A stretch of DNA of 64,000 bases from a virus: positions 1-64,000 of IMG/VR virus record IMGVR_UViG_3300035659_000004; one strand, given 5' to 3'. This document shows, piece by piece, positions 59,052-64,000 of the stretch. The notes under the pieces are model-generated. The model was not told the DNA's origin. It searched no databases and was given only the letters and a program-made list of their open reading frames with translations. Position numbers and translations under genes: made by a program. Position 1 is the stretch's first letter. Each line of letters opens with the position of its first letter.

Positions 59052-59063
59052 GGGAGGCACCAG

Positions 59064-59984
59064 ATGGCATACAACGTTGAAACCTCTACTCATTCCGCGC
59101 AGTTCCTGAACAAGTCCTTCATCTCCAAGATTGAAGGTGGCCAGACCAAGGAAGCGGTCGAGGCCAGCTCGCTGTTCATCCGCGAGCGTCTTCGTCAGGC
59201 TGCTGCTGTTCGTGAAGTGATCATCCCCCAAGGTGTGACCGAAGAGGACATCGACCGGGACGAGAGCACCGATCAGCCGAAGATCATCATCGACAAGGAG
59301 CCGGATTCGTCGGCTACCTTCGTGCAATTCCAGGGAACTGGTCGACGCACGTGGTTCAAGGGTCCTCGTTACTCGGTTCGCTTCGGCAAGGTCGAGTCGC
59401 AGAGATTCACCAAATCGAAGGCTGAGCTCATGACCTACCGTTCTGACATTCGCAAGATTTTGTCAGACAATTCGGTCATGGACATGGCGGACGAAGAGGA
59501 TCGTAAATTCTACGAGCTCGTCGCTGCCATCATTGCTGCGAACCCGTCGGTACAGCGTACCTCGGGTCCGTTCCAGAGCGGCACCTTCAAGACTGCCTGC
59601 CAGGCGATGCTGACCGGAACTCGCAAACGTCCCATCGGCAAGCTACTCTTGAGCAAAGAGCGCTACATGGACGCACTCGACCTGCCGGCGACCTCTGTCG
59701 GTGACGAGATCGCGAAGCGCCATTTCGATGAGGGTATCGAAGCTTCTCAGAAGCTTTGGGGACTCCCGGTCGTGACCCACGTCAAGTCGGATATCTATCC
59801 GACCGACAAGGGTTGGATCTTCTCCCCAACCTCGCCGAACAATTTCCTCGGCAACTTTTTCACTCTGCAAGATGCAACTCTGTTCATCAAGCAGGAAGCT
59901 GACATCATCTCCTTCTGGACGTACGAATACATCGGAATCGGTTTGGCCAATTCTTTGTCCATGCAGGAAATCGTTTTTAGTTGA
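59064..59984 (+). CDS. Major capsid protein (putative HK97 fold)
   Basis: 306 aa; GGGAGG RBS; C-ending codon bias; position after protease/scaffold/decoration; C-terminal FWTYEYIGIGLAN strand. Confidence 0.65.
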   Translation: MAYNVETSTHSAQFLNKSFISKIEGGQTKEAVEASSLFIRERLRQAAAVREVIIPQGVTEEDIDRDESTDQPKIIIDKEPDSSATFVQFQGTGRRTWFKGPRYSVRFGKVESQRFTKSKAELMTYRSDIRKILSDNSVMDMADEEDRKFYELVAAIIAANPSVQRTSGPFQSGTFKTACQAMLTGTRKRPIGKLLLSKERYMDALDLPATSVGDEIAKRHFDEGIEASQKLWGLPVVTHVKSDIYPTDKGWIFSPTSPNNFLGNFFTLQDATLFIKQEADIISFWTYEYIGIGLANSLSMQEIVFS

Positions 59985-60005
59985 TGAGAAAGTAGGCTAC
60001 TCGCC

Positions 60006-60539
60006 ATGAAACTCTGCAAGGTTAAAAACGTCACTGATAGTCGATTGATCATCCTTGCCGTTCGCGACAGAGATGGTCAGCCAATTTCTTTTGAACCAGG
60101 TGAATGCAAACAGATGATGTCTGCCACGGTCGACCATCCCGCCGTGTCCGTGCATATCGGTCGGGGACTGCAGCTCGTGGAAGGGCAAGAACTCGTTGAG
60201 GAAGTGCCGAAGACAAAGGTGCTGGAAGTTGCTATTTCACCAGCCCCGCCGCCTGCACCAAAGGTAGAAGCACCGGCCGTCGAGCCGGTCGTGGAAACCT
60301 TGGTGATTCAGGAAGCACCGGCTACACCTGTGGACTCATATGCTAATGCACCTGGCATAACGGAAGAAAACATTTCGACGATTCAGGAAGCGTATCCAAC
60401 CCTCGCAGATTTGGCAAATGCCAATAAAGACGCTCTCATGAAATTAGGTTTCAGTAAATATGGCGCGCGAAAACTAACCGCGTGGGCAGCCGCGAAGTTT
60501 GAAAACGCTGTAGCTATTGAAGTCGAAGACGACGAGTAG
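60006..60539 (+). CDS. Protein with C-terminal helix-hairpin-helix-like domain
   Basis: APGI.......AYPTLADLANANKDALMKLGFS..GARKL; Pro/Glu linker. Confidence 0.55.
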   Translation: MKLCKVKNVTDSRLIILAVRDRDGQPISFEPGECKQMMSATVDHPAVSVHIGRGLQLVEGQELVEEVPKTKVLEVAISPAPPPAPKVEAPAVEPVVETLVIQEAPATPVDSYANAPGITEENISTIQEAYPTLADLANANKDALMKLGFSKYGARKLTAWAAAKFENAVAIEVEDDE

Positions 60540-60587
60540 CTTTTCTTCTATCTCTATCCCCTTCCCTCAATTCTCTCTTCTCCCTTA
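60540..60587 (+). other. G-free pyrimidine-rich intergenic tract
   Basis: 48 nt without G directly after the stop of the 60006 ORF. Confidence 0.7.
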
Positions 60588-60615
60588 GAACCCAGTTCTA
60601 TCCTACAATTCAAGC

Positions 60616-60984
60616 ATGACTGTCGTCGTCAATCATAACTATCCGCAGGCGCACGCCTTGCAGGTCCTTCAAGCAGACGGAACGCCTATTGAAGGCGCCC
60701 ATATCATTATATATAACGCAAATACGTACCATGGTCCGTCTATGTCAGGATGGGTGACGCAGCAAAACGTTCTTTTTGAAAAGCCTTTTGATAGCACAAT
60801 GATTCTTTGTGGAGATCCCGAGGCTTTCACAGTCGTCATCCAAACCGGTTGGGTCGGGGATGTTTATACCGATGAAAATGGGGAATGGACCTCCGATATT
60901 CTTTTACCGGAGGCCCAGACTTGGCTTCTTTATATCGATTTTTCGCCTAACTATACGCCCCGTATCGTTGAGGTGACAACGTGA
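60616..60984 (+). CDS. Hypothetical beta-sandwich protein
   Basis: DGTPIEGAHI...YTDENGEW pattern (prealbumin-like fold); TACAAT 6 nt upstream of ATG, no SD. Confidence 0.6.
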   Translation: MTVVVNHNYPQAHALQVLQADGTPIEGAHIIIYNANTYHGPSMSGWVTQQNVLFEKPFDSTMILCGDPEAFTVVIQTGWVGDVYTDENGEWTSDILLPEAQTWLLYIDFSPNYTPRIVEVTT

Positions 60985-61715
60985 CAGAAGACAAAACAAC
61001 TAGGAAAACAATTCCGCCAGTTCCTCCATCAAAGGACGCGAGGAAATTTGCACGATCTAGTTTGTCATGGGGTGAGATGAATGACGGCGGAAAATTCGCC
61101 ACTCCGCAGGAATTAAAGATGGCACGGCTACCTGCGGTGCAACGCGCACAATCGGGGGAAAGAACTGGGGAAGAAGTATCGAGTGTCTTTATGCCAGTGG
61201 AAGACCTTTACTGGATTAAAGATTCACTTCACAACTTGCGTAAAGACAAAGCGGATAGAACTTTCCTAATGGCGTCTATCCAAACGTATGAAGAAAAATT
61301 GGAGATAATAAATATACGATTAGACGAAATCAGTCACTGCAAAAAAGAAACTGATTTTTTGGAATTAAAAGAAGCTGTGAATAGTTGGCGTACTTTTTTT
61401 CGTAATATCGTAGCTGTCGGGTCTATCGGAGTTTTAGTCGTTATAGGTGGATGGTTGTGGCAGTATTATACTATCGTTAGCCAGGTAACTAAAACGAGCG
61501 AAATTATAATACAAGTTTCGCAGAGTACGGAGACTCTTAGAAGTAATTATGAAAAGTATAGGCAGGAACATTTTGCGGAGAGTGTTAAGGCTTTAGCTGA
61601 AAATGATGCTAAATTTGTGCGATTAGAGTACAAATTACTTTCAGCTATATCGCAGTTGTCACAAGGTGTTACACTAATAGAACCTGAAAAACCAAAGGCT
61701 CCATTAAAGAAATAG
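60981..61715 (+). CDS. Single-pass membrane coiled-coil protein
   Basis: IVAVGSIGVLVVIGGWLW transmembrane segment; GAGGTG RBS. Confidence 0.6.
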   Translation: MTEDKTTRKTIPPVPPSKDARKFARSSLSWGEMNDGGKFATPQELKMARLPAVQRAQSGERTGEEVSSVFMPVEDLYWIKDSLHNLRKDKADRTFLMASIQTYEEKLEIINIRLDEISHCKKETDFLELKEAVNSWRTFFRNIVAVGSIGVLVVIGGWLWQYYTIVSQVTKTSEIIIQVSQSTETLRSNYEKYRQEHFAESVKALAENDAKFVRLEYKLLSAISQLSQGVTLIEPEKPKAPLKK

Positions 61716-61724
61716 GAGAAAATA

Positions 61725-62198
61725 ATGAGCAACTATACTTACCCAATCATCCCCGGTAAAACCGTGATAGGGATACGTCAAACTATTGTGGGAAGTGCCT
61801 TTACGGGAGTAGCTCCTACTTTTCCACTCGTCCCGGGTCCGGGTTCAGGTACGGCATCTGCGGCTAAGTTCGTAGGGGGCATGTACACCTACGGAGACCC
61901 GGAAGACCTTTCGGTTGTGACGCTGGATGCGGGCGGCTTGTTCGATTTGTCGAACAATTATTGCCTGTCGTTGAGGTGTATTCGTGCTTTTTGCGGAACT
62001 GGAAAAATTTATAACCTTTATATTCAAGACCGGGATGGATCGAATATTACCACTGTTTTAACTTCAGCTGATGCGGATAAAACGAATAGGGAATTTGCAG
62101 GAACGAGTCTCATCGTTCTTCCCAGCCAAACAGTGAAAATTACAACCAACGCCGCAGGGACCGTTGATTTGTATTTTTGTCGCTACGAGTATCCCTGA
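61725..62198 (+). CDS. Hypothetical virion protein, paralog A
   Basis: Aligns end to end with the next ORF; AGGAG RBS. Confidence 0.7.
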   Translation: MSNYTYPIIPGKTVIGIRQTIVGSAFTGVAPTFPLVPGPGSGTASAAKFVGGMYTYGDPEDLSVVTLDAGGLFDLSNNYCLSLRCIRAFCGTGKIYNLYIQDRDGSNITTVLTSADADKTNREFAGTSLIVLPSQTVKITTNAAGTVDLYFCRYEYP

Positions 62199-62215
62199 GA
62201 GGAATAGGTGAAAGC

Positions 62216-62671
62216 GTGAGCAACTATACTTATCAAGTCGTCGTAGGTAAAACAGTTGTAGCCGTGCGTCAAACTACGAGTGTTGCTATGATAGGGGCCG
62301 CTCCTACTATCGCTGTTGTAGGAGCAGCCTACCCTGCTAAGTATGCCAATGGTTTGTACACCTATTGTGATCCGGCAAACCACTCTACCGTGACTTTGAA
62401 TGCGGGAGGCTTATTCGATTTTTCGGATAATGCCTGTCTGTCGTTACGTTGCGTTCGTGCATTTTGTGGCGGAGGCCAGACTTACAGTGTCTTCGTCCAA
62501 GACCGCGGCGGAGCAAATGTTGCAACTATTCTGGCAGGTGAAGGTGCAAACGCCACGAGCCATGAATTTGATGGAACGGGCATCATCGTTCTTCCCGGAC
62601 AGAACGTGAAGATAACGACCACTGCAGCGGGAATCATCGATGCGTATTTTACACGCTACGAGTTTCCCTGA
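62216..62671 (+). CDS. Hypothetical virion protein, paralog B
   Basis: GTG start gives (M)SNYTY as in paralog A; shared AGGLFD.S.N.CLSLRC.RAFCG and RYE.P. Confidence 0.7.
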   Translation: MSNYTYQVVVGKTVVAVRQTTSVAMIGAAPTIAVVGAAYPAKYANGLYTYCDPANHSTVTLNAGGLFDFSDNACLSLRCVRAFCGGGQTYSVFVQDRGGANVATILAGEGANATSHEFDGTGIIVLPGQNVKITTTAAGIIDAYFTRYEFP

Positions 62672-62687
62672 GCAAAAGAGGTGAGCG

Positions 62688-63155
62688 ATGCCAGTTGTTC
62701 TTCCTTCGACCGGTGACCCATTAACCACGGATGACGTTCGTTGGTTCTTGCGTGATACCCCTGAGCACAACATCATCCTCCCGGATAATGTTGAGTTCAG
62801 CACGGAAGATATTAACCGCGCGATCCGTTTCACCGTGGCCAAGTACAACGTGCTGCCTCCTCTGACCACGTACACGTACGACATGATCAATGAGTACGTT
62901 CTCCTGTGTGGGGTCTGTGCCATCCTTCTTCGGTCCGAGGGTCTTCGACAGAATCGAAATGAAGTGCGAGCACAGGACGGAAATATCGCTCCCGTAAATC
63001 TGGATGAAAAGCAGGCTCAGTACGCGGCCTGGGCGGACCGTCTACAGCAGGAGTTCGATCTCCATTGTCGCCTCTCGAAGACAGAGGCCAACATGGAAGC
63101 GTGCTATGATGGCCAGGCTTCCGGGTACCGCTACCTCGGGCGCTGGACAACCTGA
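62688..63155 (+). CDS. Head-tail adaptor/neck protein (putative)
   Basis: DDVRWFLRD...EFS.EDI..AI pattern; size and position. Confidence 0.5.
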   Translation: MPVVLPSTGDPLTTDDVRWFLRDTPEHNIILPDNVEFSTEDINRAIRFTVAKYNVLPPLTTYTYDMINEYVLLCGVCAILLRSEGLRQNRNEVRAQDGNIAPVNLDEKQAQYAAWADRLQQEFDLHCRLSKTEANMEACYDGQASGYRYLGRWTT

Positions 63156-63158
63156 CCC

Positions 63159-64000
63159 ATGCCACTCTACCCTTCTTCTGTCATCCATTCCGTCAGTAAT
63201 CCGCCTCTTCGAACCGATGCGTACATCGAAATTACGCGGATGTTTCCGATATTTCCTAGACGAGTTTTCGTCCAGTGGGTTCTTCGAAATCCGGTTATAG
63301 GAGAGGCATACCAGTTCACGGTGGAGAGATCCGGTAGTGCCGCGGGTCCTTGGGAGATGCTGACCACCAACCCGACGAATGAGTTCTATTATGCGGACAC
63401 GAATTTTCCAGCGAACCCCCTCGAGGGCGAGCCTGACCTCATGTCCATATCCCGCGTCGTCTATTACCGGGTGACGGCTATACCCCATGGGGCCAATGAC
63501 ACCCTCACGATTATAAAAAAAGTAGAGCCTTGGCTCGACCGCCGACGTGAGGGCATCCATCGGAAGCTCGTGCGAGACGCGATGATATCCCTGCAGCGTG
63601 TTGTCGGGACGGAGATGGCCGCGCTGAAGAAGAAGCGGTGGGGTCACCGCTGTTCTCTCTGCCTGAGCAAGTCGGGGATGTCGGTCGACCCCTATTGTCC
63701 CGAATGCTATGGCACGGGCATTACAGACGGATTCTGGGCTCCTGTTTACGGGTGGGCTCAACTTTTCACGGCGCCTATTTCCGTCCAGTCCGCTCTTCAG
63801 GGCGAGACGGAGATGCGTCAGACCCGGGTGCTGATGGCGAACGTCCCGCAGATGAATGAAGAAGACTTTCTCGTTTTTCTACGGAGCAACCGACGTTTTC
63901 GGGTCTTGGAAGTGACCCCCACGCAGATACACAACGTTGATGTTCATCAGGAGCTTATTGTTTCTGAGCTGAGTCCGGATAGCACAGAGTACAATATAGG
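63159..64000 (+). CDS. Head-closure/neck-like protein with zinc finger (3'-truncated; absent from ORF track)
   Basis: Frame open from ATG 63159 to window end; FTVERS...GPW, YYRVTA (FN3-like), RCSLC...CPECYGTG. Confidence 0.65.
   Translation, partial: MPLYPSSVIHSVSNPPLRTDAYIEITRMFPIFPRRVFVQWVLRNPVIGEAYQFTVERSGSAAGPWEMLTTNPTNEFYYADTNFPANPLEGEPDLMSISRVVYYRVTAIPHGANDTLTIIKKVEPWLDRRREGIHRKLVRDAMISLQRVVGTEMAALKKKRWGHRCSLCLSKSGMSVDPYCPECYGTGITDGFWAPVYGWAQLFTAPISVQSALQGETEMRQTRVLMANVPQMNEEDFLVFLRSNRRFRVLEVTPTQIHNVDVHQELIVSELSPDSTEYNI

Noticed and set aside
61725-62671. Paralog pair as DGR template/variable repeat
   Set aside because: Differences involve all four bases and indels, not adenine-specific substitutions; both copies are full ORFs.
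1-64000. tRNA/rRNA genes, integrase, stop-codon reassignment
   Set aside because: None recognised; intergenic gaps are tiny and genes end normally at TAA, TAG and TGA with dense standard-code coding.

Overview
The window is a gene-dense 64-kb segment of a large tailed, probably myovirus-like, bacteriophage genome; the ORFs at both ends run off the window. Function is partitioned by strand. The + strand carries virion genes (baseplate/tail fibre, terminase, portal, prohead protease, scaffolds, capsid, neck), a sigma70-like factor and a phage-encoded multisubunit RNA polymerase. The polymerase has beta fused to the catalytic N-half of beta' (with an intein) and the beta' C-half as a separate gene. 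The - strand carries replication/recombination genes (PolA with a UDG-like domain, primase-helicase, SNF2 helicase, RuvC, two Cas4-like nucleases, ParB), an amidase, a MoxR-like AAA+/VWA pair and a retron-type reverse transcriptase. The most notable items are: (1) a retron-clade RT with a zinc-finger insertion in a four-gene coupled operon with no room for a separate msr-msd RNA; (2) a LigD-like primase-polymerase + 3'-phosphoesterase gene wedged between the RNAP genes, ending in a virion-protein-like tag; (3) pervasive K-x-A and G-Y-x-x-A-L motifs in head proteins, suggesting a maturation/packaging code that also marks the RNAP; (4) loss of the beta' zinc-binding domain alongside gain of a double zinc ribbon in sigma; (5) an unannotated antisense 19-aa hydrophobic peptide with a hairpin-sequestered RBS upstream of the RNAP gene. 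All calls come from reading motifs by eye; no database search was run.
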